The notes beneath the pieces are model-generated. The model saw only the letters and a list, made by a program, of their open reading frames with translations, was not told the DNA's origin and made no database searches. Positions 1 to 9,637 of a stretch of DNA of 64,000 nucleotides are shown one piece after another (position 1 is the stretch's first letter; each line of letters opens with the position of its first letter). The position numbers and the translations under genes are program-made. The stretch is from Candidatus Latescibacterota bacterium (GTDB lineage Bacteria > Latescibacterota > UBA2968), in NCBI GenBank assembly GCA_965204375.1, contig OZ241986.1:5728001-5792000 (forward strand), given 5' to 3'.

Positions 1-572
1 AGAAAGTTGGCATCGGTAGAATAGGGTTTTTCGTAAGTGGCTGTGATCGGCAAGTTGTATGCATTGCAAAAATCGATCATTTCTTTGCGGCCTCCAAATA
101 TGTCGAGAAATGCGGGATCGCGCCAGGGGGCATACACGGTTACGCTGGGCTTGAGCATGTTGGCGACGAGTTGAAAACGCACCTGATCGTTGCCGCGTCC
201 GGTTGCACCGTGCGCGAGTACATCGATATCGCGACGGTCCATTTCTTCCAATAATCCCCGCGTGGTGACATATCGCGCGATGCCGGTTGTATTCCAATAT
301 CCGCCTTCGTAACGCGCTTGTCCAATCAGCATCGCAATACCCGCTTCTGCCAGTTCGGTTTTTAGATCGACCAGTACGGCTTCACGCGCGCCACAGGCGA
401 GCATGCGTTTGGATATATCATCGATATTTTCCTCATCGGGTTGTCCAATATCGGCGGTTAAACTCACGACATTTACGCCGCGGTCAGCCAGCCATTTTGT
501 CACGGTGCAACTGTCCAATCCTCCCGAGGATGCAAGTGCTACTGTTTTTCCGCGCAGTTCATTAAGCGTCAT
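1..572 (-). CDS. argG: Argininosuccinate synthase, N-terminal part (runs off the window start)
   Basis: Not in the ORF track. Manual translation from ATG 572: MTLNELRGKTVALASSGGLDS...LTADIGQ...ARYEGGYWNTTGIAR...AHGATGRGNDQVRF...APWRD...KPYSTDANF; the SGGLD, HGATGxGNDQVRF and YSxDxN motifs are ArgG hallmarks. GAAAAGGA RBS-like sequence upstream. Confidence 0.93.
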   Translation of the reverse strand, partial: MTLNELRGKTVALASSGGLDSCTVTKWLADRGVNVVSLTADIGQPDEENIDDISKRMLACGAREAVLVDLKTELAEAGIAMLIGQARYEGGYWNTTGIARYVTTRGLLEEMDRRDIDVLAHGATGRGNDQVRFQLVANMLKPSVTVYAPWRDPAFLDIFGGRKEMIDFCNAYNLPITATYEKPYSTDANF

Positions 573-585
573 TGTTATTTCCTTT

Positions 586-1440
586 TCAGGTCTCGTCTAA
601 AGAAAAACCCGCACTGGTCAACAGGTCTATCACATTTTCGCGTGCGCGTTGGATGCGAATATCGATTTCTTCAGCCGTAAAAGCGCCACCTGTGCCGTTT
701 ACGCGCTCGACGACCACTGGACCATTAAAGCCCGCTTTGAATGCCGTGGCAAAGATGCGTTCAAAATCCACATCTCCTTCGCCGGGAATGGGGAAATTGT
801 TTTCTGCTTTCGGGCCGATGTGATCTTTGGCTATTAATTTACAGGTTTGGTCTGCAATATGGGGAAAATCATCTTCGGGAGAGATTCCTTCGTAATAATG
901 GACATTTCCCGGGTCGTAACACGCCTGCACCGAAGGTCGGTCAATTTCGGGCAATAACCGAGCGAGATGTTTTGCGGTCGCGGTATTGCCCGTATGCGGT
1001 TTGGGTGCGAGGATAATGTCTCGTTCCTGCGCATAGGTGCCTGCTTCTTTCAGGTCTGCGACATAGGCTTCGTGGGCAGCACGAAAGATTTCGGGCGCGA
1101 GCGGTTCATCGGGAAATCGCCGATACCCACCCACTCCGGCCATCTGAATTGTTTCGGCGCCAAGTGTCCGGCATACATCAATTCTGCGCATAAGATAATG
1201 CGCGTTATCTCTTGCCGGGGTGGATCCAAGTCCGATTACGACAGGGGTTAATCCCGCTTGTTCACACAGGGTCCTGGTTCGATGCACAAGGGGTCCATCG
1301 GGATCAAAACCGAGCGTATCTTCGCCTTCGTGCGACCAGCCCAGACCCACATAGGAATATCCCGCACGGGCAACGCCTTCAATTCCTCGCTCGAGAGAGT
1401 AGTTTGCATAGGGCAGTGTTAGACAGACGAGTTTGATCAA
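586..1440 (-). CDS. Sugar phosphate isomerase/epimerase (xylose isomerase-like TIM barrel)
   Basis: YDPGN, AKDH, PGEGDVDF and GPVVVE motifs. Start trimmed from the track (1704) to TTG 1440, which has GGAGG upstream and avoids overlap with the next gene. Confidence 0.8.
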   Translation of the reverse strand: MIKLVCLTLPYANYSLERGIEGVARAGYSYVGLGWSHEGEDTLGFDPDGPLVHRTRTLCEQAGLTPVVIGLGSTPARDNAHYLMRRIDVCRTLGAETIQMAGVGGYRRFPDEPLAPEIFRAAHEAYVADLKEAGTYAQERDIILAPKPHTGNTATAKHLARLLPEIDRPSVQACYDPGNVHYYEGISPEDDFPHIADQTCKLIAKDHIGPKAENNFPIPGEGDVDFERIFATAFKAGFNGPVVVERVNGTGGAFTAEEIDIRIQRARENVIDLLTSAGFSLDET

Positions 1441-1457
1441 AAGAGACCTCCACACTG

Positions 1458-2000
1458 TTAGTCGGTTTTTCGCGTTACAAATAGTGCGAGAAATCCGGGC
1501 AAAAAGGCAATGGTCCAGGAAAGCAACTTGTAGAGATAATGTGGCCCGCCGAGCGCGTGACGGGTCCAGATGCCCAAAATCAAGAAGGCGAGGCCGGAAA
1601 TCACGGCGGCCAGAATACCCCGGAGCAATGTGCGCTTCAGGTTTTCGGAGATGGTGCCCACCCACCAGTGGAGCAGGGCCGCGAGGATCCACAATTCCAT
1701 CCACGCGACGACGATTGCGTCAGAGCGAATGAACGGGCGCATGAGGTAATATCCACCGGCGGACAATATGCCAATTGCGAGGCCACCGAGTGCGCCTAAC
1801 AAGATCGTTTGTGTTGTTTTGCCGCCATATCCGAGAACAACGCCCAAACAGAGGCACAATAGTGCGCCGTGAATAATGCCGGCAAACATGCGGTGTTTGA
1901 TCCCGTGGTGCGCCCACAAAAAATCGCCCAGTGTGCTGAGTGCGGCGAGTATGAGCGCAGCGACGAGTGCGCGTAATATTCCGTTGTATTGAACAGTCAT
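1458..2000 (-). CDS. Hypothetical membrane protein (about 6 TM)
   Basis: Alternating hydrophobic segments; GGAGG RBS; packed between co-oriented genes. Confidence 0.7.
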   Translation of the reverse strand: MTVQYNGILRALVAALILAALSTLGDFLWAHHGIKHRMFAGIIHGALLCLCLGVVLGYGGKTTQTILLGALGGLAIGILSAGGYYLMRPFIRSDAIVVAWMELWILAALLHWWVGTISENLKRTLLRGILAAVISGLAFLILGIWTRHALGGPHYLYKLLSWTIAFLPGFLALFVTRKTD

Positions 2001-2016
2001 GTGTTCCTCCAGAGAT

Positions 2017-3408
2017 TTATTCCCGGTACGCGGGATTGGGTGTGGGTATCACGGCGCCGGTATCCGTCAGGAATTGGTCTATGAGGTCATTCAATTCAGA
2101 TACGCGGTCGGGATATTCGTCCGCCAGATTATTTGTTTCGCCGATGTCTTCGGTCAGATTGTAAAGTTCTACGCGGTCGCTCTGGTCGTCGTTGTCGCAA
2201 TAGAACCGGATGAGTTTCCAATCGCCTTTGCGAACATAAGTCGATGGCAGGCCATCTGCTGCCGGCGTATAGTGCGGGAAGTGACAGAAAATGGTGTCCC
2301 GATCAAAGATTTCGCCGCGAAGTGCGGGTGCAAAACTGATGCCGTCAACCGATGCAGGTGCTTCGAGGCCGCAGAGTTCGGTCAGTGTGGGAAAGAAATC
2401 GATGCTTTGTACGATCGCCTGATCGTTGCGGCTGCCCGCTTCAATCTGACCGGGCCACGCGATAATCAGTGGTTCTCGGGTGCCGCCTTCGTAGGTATTT
2501 GCCTTTCCGCCTCTCAGAGGTGCGTTGCTCGTGATGGGTATATCGACATAATCGGGATGGACATTGTCTGTCGCGCTCCAGTGTACTCCGCCATTGTCGG
2601 AAAAGAAAATCACGATGGTATTGTCTAAAATTCCCTCTTCTTCAAGCGTTCCCATTAATTGTCCTACAGCGTCGTCCATTGTTTCAACCATGGCTGCGTA
2701 AACGGGATTGTGCTGGGGGTATTCGATATCGACTTTTTGCGCGTATTTTTCTATTACGTCCTGTTTGGCGTGCCAGGGAGAATGTACGGAAAATTGCCAG
2801 AATTGGAGATAAAAAGGTGTGTCTTTGTTTTGGCGAATAAATTCAATGGCTTCTTGTGCCATGCGATCTTCCAGGTGCTCGCCGGGTTCGCCTTTGTCGG
2901 GATAGACTTTCCACGGCGCAAACCACCCATCGGCCAATGGACTGGGGGCAGGTGTGTGCGGGATGTCGATGTCGAATCCGTGTTCAAACGGGCTATAAGG
3001 CTCCGCACCCAGGTGCCATTTCCCAATGTGTGTGGTTTTGTATCCGGCATCGCGAAATACCGAGGACAGGGTCTGGTATTCTGTGCTTAAGCGGGTGACA
3101 CTTTGCGCGATCAGAGCTTTGTTATGCGGTGGTCCTTTTTCGTTTAAAGAGGATTCGAGTACAATGCGGTCCAGATGGCATCCCGGTGTTGTAATGCCAA
3201 CGCGCGCGGGCCACAATCCCGTCATGATACTCGCGCGGGTAGGGGAACACAGCGGGTTGGCGGCGTACGCATTGGTAAACATCATGCCGCGCGCGGCAAG
3301 GGCGTCGATGTTTGGGGTTTTGCAAAATGCGCTGCCGTATAACGATGTATCGCGCCAGCCCAGGTCGTCTGCGAGAATGAATAATACATTTGGTTTGTTG
3401 TTAGGCAT
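2017..3408 (-). CDS. Sulfatase (formylglycine-dependent, S1 family)
   Basis: PNVLFILADDLG, CSPTRASIMTG (CxPxR), GKWHLG, FSDNGG, YEGGTREP. Confidence 0.95.
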   Translation of the reverse strand: MPNNKPNVLFILADDLGWRDTSLYGSAFCKTPNIDALAARGMMFTNAYAANPLCSPTRASIMTGLWPARVGITTPGCHLDRIVLESSLNEKGPPHNKALIAQSVTRLSTEYQTLSSVFRDAGYKTTHIGKWHLGAEPYSPFEHGFDIDIPHTPAPSPLADGWFAPWKVYPDKGEPGEHLEDRMAQEAIEFIRQNKDTPFYLQFWQFSVHSPWHAKQDVIEKYAQKVDIEYPQHNPVYAAMVETMDDAVGQLMGTLEEEGILDNTIVIFFSDNGGVHWSATDNVHPDYVDIPITSNAPLRGGKANTYEGGTREPLIIAWPGQIEAGSRNDQAIVQSIDFFPTLTELCGLEAPASVDGISFAPALRGEIFDRDTIFCHFPHYTPAADGLPSTYVRKGDWKLIRFYCDNDDQSDRVELYNLTEDIGETNNLADEYPDRVSELNDLIDQFLTDTGAVIPTPNPAYRE

Positions 3409-3422
3409 AAGATCCCTCTATT

Positions 3423-4568
3423 TCAGACTTTATCAATTCCCTCTTGGGTTTCAGCAATTAGCTGATCGACGACGGCGCGCAATGCCTCTATTTCGGTGGC
3501 ACCCTCCAGGCAGCGGATGCGAAAATGGTCAACCTGTCGGTCAGCGCTACTGCCGTCACGGATAATTTCGGATACGCGGTGTAATTCATCTTCGCAGCCG
3601 AGTGCGTGGGCGTCTTCGTCTAACTGTTCAATTAGTCCGCGTGCGTAGTCGTCGATGTCCATGCGCCCGCCGTCGCGCGTATCCCCAAGGAACGCAAATA
3701 CCCCGTAGCGCTGTGCAAGCCAGCGATTCTCGGCGATGATTTCGGTGCGTGGCTCAGGGGGCAGGGTGTCCGCTCGCGCCTGTCGCAGCAGCATGCGGAT
3801 GAGGGATGCGTAGAGTGCGACAATGCATACTGCGTCTTCAACGCGGGAACAGGTGTCGCAGATGCGTATTTCCACTGTTGGATAAGCGTTGCCGGGGCGG
3901 ATGTCCCACCAGAGTTCGCCGCCGTCTCCGATGAAGTTCAGGCGCTGGTAGTCTTCTACGAGTTGTTCGTATTCGGCCTGGGAGTACAGGGGTCCGGGAA
4001 GGCCTGTGCGCGGGAGGGCACTGAAGATGTTCAGGCGATAGGATTTGAAGCCGGTGAGGTTTCCGCCGCTGAATGGCGACGAGGTAGATAGTGCGTGGAG
4101 CAGGGGCAGGTACCGGCGAAGTGCGGTCATGACGCGGATGCGTTCATCCGGGTTACCGAAGCTGGCATGGATGTGCATGCCCCCGATGAGCAATCGCCGC
4201 ACGGATTCCTGGTATGTGACTTCAAAGTCCTCATAGCGCTTTTGGGGTGTGGGCGTCTGTGCTGACCACGACGCGAAGGGATGAGTAGAGGCAGCGATCA
4301 CTGCGGCACCGTACTGTGCAGCACCTTCAATGACTATCCGGCGGGTCTCCATCAGTGCTGTGCGGACTTCGGCTATTGATGTGCAGACGCGGGTGTTGGT
4401 CTCTATTTGGGAGCGCAGAAATTCCGTTACTACTTTGTGCGGTCCGCTGTTTTTTTCGCAAACGGCGAGGATGCCCGGGTCGGGGTCGGCAACGAGGTCG
4501 CGGGTGTTGGGGTCAACGAGAAAGAATTCTTCTTCGACGCCGAGGGTGATTGTGAGGTCTTTATCCAT
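3423..4568 (-). CDS. ybdK: Carboxylate-amine ligase (YbdK / glutamate--cysteine ligase GCS2 family)
   Basis: TLGVEEEFFLVD, GMHIH, LSTSSPF, LWWDIRP, TVEIRICD, ENRWLAQRYG. Confidence 0.88.
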   Translation of the reverse strand: MDKDLTITLGVEEEFFLVDPNTRDLVADPDPGILAVCEKNSGPHKVVTEFLRSQIETNTRVCTSIAEVRTALMETRRIVIEGAAQYGAAVIAASTHPFASWSAQTPTPQKRYEDFEVTYQESVRRLLIGGMHIHASFGNPDERIRVMTALRRYLPLLHALSTSSPFSGGNLTGFKSYRLNIFSALPRTGLPGPLYSQAEYEQLVEDYQRLNFIGDGGELWWDIRPGNAYPTVEIRICDTCSRVEDAVCIVALYASLIRMLLRQARADTLPPEPRTEIIAENRWLAQRYGVFAFLGDTRDGGRMDIDDYARGLIEQLDEDAHALGCEDELHRVSEIIRDGSSADRQVDHFRIRCLEGATEIEALRAVVDQLIAETQEGIDKV

Positions 4569-4578
4569 ATTGGGCCTT

Positions 4579-5274
4579 TTATGCGATTGATTCGGCCAAT
4601 TCTGTAAAATCGGCGACTGTTACATCTGCGCGATATGGAGAGTCTTCGTAGGGCAGGTTATAGCGGTTCACGTATGCACCTCGCATACCGCACGCGCGGG
4701 CACCTACCACGTCAAATGAATTGGCCGATACCATCATGCATTCGCCTACTTCCAGTCCGAGGATTTGCGCGGCGCGGCGATACACGGCGGGATGCGGTTT
4801 GAATGCGCCCATTGTCGTTACGGAGATGACGGCGTCGAAATCCCATTGAATCCGGTTTTTCGCCAGGTGATCGAGAAAGGCAGGATCGCCGTTGGATAGT
4901 CCGACGAGTTTGTAACGCGTAGCCAATTTCTCCAGCCCTGCTCTGACTTCGGGAAAGGGTGACAGTTCCTGCCAGCAGGCGAGAAATGTCTGTACTTCCT
5001 CTTTTGACATTTCAATTTTATTCAGGGCGAGCACATATACATAAGCCCGTCGCACTGTTTCCAGGTAGCCCCCGTGCCCGAGCATCATGATTGTGTCTTG
5101 AAATTGTTCCAATCGCTGACGATAGCGCCATTGCTGCCAGAATTGTTCTGCTGTGGTGTCGGCTCCTTTTTTTTGTAGCATTTCGCCGATAAACGGGGTT
5201 AAACTTCCACCCAGATCCAAAATCGTGCCAAATAAGTCAAATGTCAATGCCTGTACTTGGTTGAATTTTGCCAT
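4579..5274 (-). CDS. Haloacid dehalogenase type II (HAD superfamily)
   Basis: FDLFGTILD, LSNG, FKPHPAVY, VSANSFDVVGA. Confidence 0.88.
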   Translation of the reverse strand: MAKFNQVQALTFDLFGTILDLGGSLTPFIGEMLQKKGADTTAEQFWQQWRYRQRLEQFQDTIMMLGHGGYLETVRRAYVYVLALNKIEMSKEEVQTFLACWQELSPFPEVRAGLEKLATRYKLVGLSNGDPAFLDHLAKNRIQWDFDAVISVTTMGAFKPHPAVYRRAAQILGLEVGECMMVSANSFDVVGARACGMRGAYVNRYNLPYEDSPYRADVTVADFTELAESIA

Positions 5275-5326
5275 TAAAACCTCCAGCCTACTTTATTTTT
5301 TATTTTTGACTAAGGACAATCAAGGG

Positions 5327-5355
5327 TTGATTCGCTACTGCAAATAGTCTATTTT
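5327..5355 (+). promoter_or_regulatory. Putative sigma70 promoter giving a leaderless transcript
   Basis: TTGATT (5327-5332), 17 nt, TATTTT (5350-5355); ATG at 5361 with no Shine-Dalgarno. Confidence 0.3.
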
Positions 5356-5360
5356 TTCGG

Positions 5361-5621
5361 ATGCTTACTTCTCCAGATAAAAAAACAGTTATCGCAACAA
5401 ACGTCCGTTTTGACAATACTCTTCTGTATGTCGCATTAAGCGATGGGCGCGAAATGAGTCTGCAGTTGGACAATATTCATTGGCTGGACTGGTTATACGG
5501 GGCAACCGATGAACAACGCGCCAACTGGTCAATAGAACCGGGCGGTTTTGCCATTTATTGGGAAGACTTAGATGATGGTATCGAACTTTGCCATCTCTTG
5601 AGTCTTGAATCCCTTTTTTAA
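5361..5621 (+). CDS. DUF2442 domain protein
   Basis: LYVALSDGRE...WL..AT.EQR.NW.I..GG..IYWEDLDDGI pattern typical of DUF2442. Confidence 0.8.
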   Translation: MLTSPDKKTVIATNVRFDNTLLYVALSDGREMSLQLDNIHWLDWLYGATDEQRANWSIEPGGFAIYWEDLDDGIELCHLLSLESLF

Positions 5622-5633
5622 GTTGTTCGACAA

Positions 5634-6629
5634 TCATCTGGGCGAGCGTACCGGTACTTTTACTTTCTGACCTGTGCGAGCAGATTCATGGGCGGCGAGA
5701 GAAATTGCAATGGTGCGCCGACCGTCGAGACCGTTGGACTGCGGTTGTTCGCCTGTGCGGATGCATTGCAAAAAATAAGTCATTTCTTCCAGCAGGCCGT
5801 TGTTCCGCTCATAAGTCATGTGTTCGGGCTTTTCACCTATCCGGTTGAGTGTGAGTTGCGTGCCTGTTCCGCTGGTAATTTTCACTGAGCCTTCAGTGCC
5901 CGCCACGCCCAGTTCATAGCTCCCGCCCGGATAAATTCGGCTGCTGCTCAAGGATCCGATTGCGCCTGAGCTGAATTCCAGGTTGATAAAGATACTTTCC
6001 TCTACGGTGTTATCTGACGCATCGTCGTATCGCATCACTGCTTGAACTGCGCGCACCCCGCCAGCCATCCAGGTCAGTTGATCCAGTTCGTGGCTGTGCA
6101 TTGAAAAAAGCCCGCCGTATCTCTCCTTATCCAATTGCCATCCCGCCACGCCTCCAGGTGCTCCTGTGCCCAAACGCACGGTATGCGCCATGCGAATCTC
6201 GCCGATTTGTCCTTCGTCGATCAGTCGTTTCATTTCGCGGTACGCATTTTGAAATCGTCGCACATACCCGATCATTAAAAAGACACCGGCATGATCAGCG
6301 GCTTCAATCATCGCGTCGCAATCTTCAACCGCGAGTGCCATTGGTTTTTCGCAAAATACATGCGCGCCTGCTGTGGCGGCATCCACTGTAATGGGACTGT
6401 GTACAAAGTTGGGGGTTACGACCAGTACGGCGTCTGGGGATTGCTCCGATAACATGATTTGGTGATTGTCGTAAACAGCCGGTTGGGACGCGAGTTTGTC
6501 GGATAGAGCCTCTGCCGAATCCCGTACATAATCGCAAACTGCCACGAGTTCTGCGCCTTCTATACTCTCTACGTTGGCGGCGTGACGCGATCCTAACCCT
6601 CCACAGCCTACGAGTCCTATTTTGAGCAT
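5634..6629 (-). CDS. Gfo/Idh/MocA family oxidoreductase
   Basis: IGLVGCGGLG, HVFCEKPMA, GYVRRF, HELD. Confidence 0.93.
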   Translation of the reverse strand: MLKIGLVGCGGLGSRHAANVESIEGAELVAVCDYVRDSAEALSDKLASQPAVYDNHQIMLSEQSPDAVLVVTPNFVHSPITVDAATAGAHVFCEKPMALAVEDCDAMIEAADHAGVFLMIGYVRRFQNAYREMKRLIDEGQIGEIRMAHTVRLGTGAPGGVAGWQLDKERYGGLFSMHSHELDQLTWMAGGVRAVQAVMRYDDASDNTVEESIFINLEFSSGAIGSLSSSRIYPGGSYELGVAGTEGSVKITSGTGTQLTLNRIGEKPEHMTYERNNGLLEEMTYFLQCIRTGEQPQSNGLDGRRTIAISLAAHESARTGQKVKVPVRSPR

Positions 6630-6645
6630 TTGATCATCCTCGTTT

Positions 6646-7659
6646 CTATCTCAGGTGAATAGGCGTACCCCGATCCCGAGCTGATGCTTCAGCGGCGAAG
6701 CAGGCGAGGTGGGTGTTGACCGCTACGGATAGATTATCGTGGGATTCCGCGTCGGTGGTGATACAGTCGATGAAATGGTCGATCATTTCCTGGAAGGGAT
6801 GGTGTGATACTGCGCCACTGTCTGGCAATACGGTTGGAATTTCAGATAGGTCGCGTTGTCCCGGGATTTGTTTTGTATAAAACCGATTGTTGCGGATTAC
6901 GCCTTCGTCGCCAAATACTTCCAGATTGAATACATAGGGCATGAAAAATTCTGTTGATCCGGAGATTTTTCCCGCGGTGCCGCGTTCAAATTGAACTGTA
7001 GCTGCGGTTGTTGCGAGATAGGTTTCGGGATGACTGGAATTGCGGGCGGATACTCCGGATACCTGAACGATGGGGTCATTATCCAGCACGTATCGCGCAG
7101 CATCCATGGCGTGACAGCCCCCGTGTACAATAGCTCCTGCGGTCATGGGATTCCACCCGGGTTTTTCAAATTTTTTTGGACGCTGATGGGTTGGTCCGTG
7201 CCAGTAGTCGGCCTGTACGAGAAGGGGCTGTCCGATCCATCCCTTTTCAATGGCTTGTTTGATGGATAGGACCATCGGGTTCCATCGCAGGACAAAGCTC
7301 ACGACGGTTTTTACCCCGGCTTTTTGAACCGCAGCATCCATGGCGTGAAGTTCGTCGGGATTCAGGGCCACTGGTTTTTCGATCAGGATGTGTTTGCCGG
7401 ATTCGGCTGCTGCGATGGTTTCTGCTGCGTGTAAATCCGGGGGTGTGCAAATCGATACCAGATCCACGCCTGGATGGGCGAGCATGCGGTCGTAAGAATC
7501 GAATAATTCACAATCTATACCACAGGCAATGGCCTTTTTCTGAGCACTTTCCATTGTGCGGCTGCCAATGGCTACGACCCGGGTATGGGGATTGTTCTGG
7601 TATGCTTTGATATGTTCGGTGGATACATTTCCCGCGCCTTGAATTGCTACTCCGATCAT
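6646..7659 (-). CDS. Gfo/Idh/MocA family oxidoreductase
   Basis: GAGNVS, HILIEKPVA, GCHAMD. Confidence 0.92.
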   Translation of the reverse strand: MIGVAIQGAGNVSTEHIKAYQNNPHTRVVAIGSRTMESAQKKAIACGIDCELFDSYDRMLAHPGVDLVSICTPPDLHAAETIAAAESGKHILIEKPVALNPDELHAMDAAVQKAGVKTVVSFVLRWNPMVLSIKQAIEKGWIGQPLLVQADYWHGPTHQRPKKFEKPGWNPMTAGAIVHGGCHAMDAARYVLDNDPIVQVSGVSARNSSHPETYLATTAATVQFERGTAGKISGSTEFFMPYVFNLEVFGDEGVIRNNRFYTKQIPGQRDLSEIPTVLPDSGAVSHHPFQEMIDHFIDCITTDAESHDNLSVAVNTHLACFAAEASARDRGTPIHLR

Positions 7660-7671
7660 TGGGTTTCCTTT

Positions 7672-9636
7672 TTAGTAATTGTGTACATTGTGCCCGCGTG
7701 CGGGGAACCACACCCAATCGATGGCAAAGACCAGAGCCGTGCTCACGGCCTGGGCGACGATCAATCCAATAAAAAAGGGCTTGCCGCGTTCGTAGAGATC
7801 CACGCCGCCTATTCTCATCAGCAGCGATTTGATTGCCCAGACGATCACAATTGAAAAGAAGATCTTTGTGACGCCGTAGTTGCCCTGGATGGCCAGGCCA
7901 ATGGGGTGCAGGGGCCACCAGGGGAGCCAATAGCGCGCGAGTGTGAACGCGGCCATAGCTGCTGCACCGATTAAAGCCCATATTGCCAACCCGCCTTTGC
8001 CTCCCATTGGAATTGGGTTGCGGATGGCGTTGATCGCATAGTCAAATGCGCCCGGCGCGGCTTTTTTGAGTCCCATGTTACCCAGGTTGTACGCGCCATA
8101 AGCGTATCCCAGGTACAGTGTGTTGGCGACGGAAACCATATAACCCAGGATGAGTGATATCCCGATCATCAGGGCAATTTGTCTGGGTTTTACCACGCGA
8201 TCTACGGCTTTGACGGATTGTGTCATGGCGGGCATAACATAGCCTTTGCCTGCGCTGTTAAATATCCGCATAAACGATAGGATTGTGACACTTTGCCCGT
8301 TGATTGTCGGTGTGCCCCAAATTTGCAATACTGCGTCAAACGGCTGGACCTGATAGTACACGTACACGAGGCCGAGTTCGGCAACTACGCGCGAGAGGCC
8401 CAAAAATGTCAACAGGGCAATTGGCAAAAATGTGAGAATGACAAATAGTGCCAGGCCCGCGGCGTATAACCACGTAGCGACAAATAACAGGGAGACGATC
8501 AGTCCGATTACAGCCGTGCGATACGATAGCAATTCGCCGCTGTCATCGACTTCGCAATCTGGTTGCACGGCTTTTCGCCAGACATCTGTGAGGTGTGCAC
8601 GGCCCATCCACAGGCTCCAGATCGCCAGAAAAATGAGTGCGCCCCCGCTTTGCCAACCCAGTGCTGGACTTTGCCACTGGCGGTCTGCTGCGCCTGGCGT
8701 GTACCCGAATTTGTTAAATAAAAGGACTTCAAAGCCCGATAAAAACACCCATACCCAAACGCTGAACAGCACGTCCAATCGCGCAAAATAACCGAAGCCA
8801 ATTGCGTAAAAACTGACTCTGCGAATTAAAAAAGGAAAGTCGGGGTAGAACCGAAACTGCCCGCCTTCAAACGGGATGTGCGGAAAAATCGGTGTGAAGT
8901 ACGACCCGATGTTCCAGACTTTCAGCAACATCACAAGTCCAAATGCGATCCAGAACAGCGGCGACGAAAAAACCTGAGATAGCCTGCCCCCTTGTTGGGT
9001 CTCGGTCAATAGGGTGCCCACTTCTACGATGGGATAGGTCAGGCGTTCGTGATCTACCCACTGTCGGCGCAACATGACGACCACACAAAAGACGGCAAAT
9101 GCGACTGCGCCGAGGAAGCAGGTCCACCAGAAAAGCGGGGTTACCCACGCGCCGAGTGCGGGGACATGGCCTGCGGGCGTGCCCTCGTAAAACCAGTTCA
9201 TCGCACCCGTATCATTTTGCGGTGCCAACCAGGTTGGGATATTGTGATGGAGATAAAAATTCCATCCGTTTTCGGGCGTTGCAAAATAATACACCCCGGC
9301 TAAGACACCGATGAGGTGTCCGGTAACGCCGTCATAAGGTACAATTGCGGCGACGAGTCCCATCCCCAAAACCACGCGCAATTCTGGTGGTGTGAGAACG
9401 AGAGAGGGCAAGAACCGGCGCGCGATGATGTTCAATACGGCAAGCGATAAGAATGGAAAGAGCAGTGCCAGGGGGAAATGGCTGCGGCTGATATTGGAGC
9501 CGCTCATGTAGTAGGCCATCCACTCGTCCCACAAGACGGTTGCGACGATGATCACGATGGCTACAAAAATCGCCCGGGGTGTTACGGCGCGACCGCTTTG
9601 TACCTCAGTTGTCCGATATGTCGATGCTTCTGCCAT
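7672..9636 (-). CDS. Large polytopic membrane protein, probably DUF6785/DUF6784 family (putative transporter)
   Basis: About 16 hydrophobic segments; RRQWVDHERLTYP, WWPLHPIG and KPFFIGL motifs recalled for this family. Confidence 0.7.
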   Translation of the reverse strand: MAEASTYRTTEVQSGRAVTPRAIFVAIVIIVATVLWDEWMAYYMSGSNISRSHFPLALLFPFLSLAVLNIIARRFLPSLVLTPPELRVVLGMGLVAAIVPYDGVTGHLIGVLAGVYYFATPENGWNFYLHHNIPTWLAPQNDTGAMNWFYEGTPAGHVPALGAWVTPLFWWTCFLGAVAFAVFCVVVMLRRQWVDHERLTYPIVEVGTLLTETQQGGRLSQVFSSPLFWIAFGLVMLLKVWNIGSYFTPIFPHIPFEGGQFRFYPDFPFLIRRVSFYAIGFGYFARLDVLFSVWVWVFLSGFEVLLFNKFGYTPGAADRQWQSPALGWQSGGALIFLAIWSLWMGRAHLTDVWRKAVQPDCEVDDSGELLSYRTAVIGLIVSLLFVATWLYAAGLALFVILTFLPIALLTFLGLSRVVAELGLVYVYYQVQPFDAVLQIWGTPTINGQSVTILSFMRIFNSAGKGYVMPAMTQSVKAVDRVVKPRQIALMIGISLILGYMVSVANTLYLGYAYGAYNLGNMGLKKAAPGAFDYAINAIRNPIPMGGKGGLAIWALIGAAAMAAFTLARYWLPWWPLHPIGLAIQGNYGVTKIFFSIVIVWAIKSLLMRIGGVDLYERGKPFFIGLIVAQAVSTALVFAIDWVWFPARGHNVHNY

Positions 9637-9637
9637 C

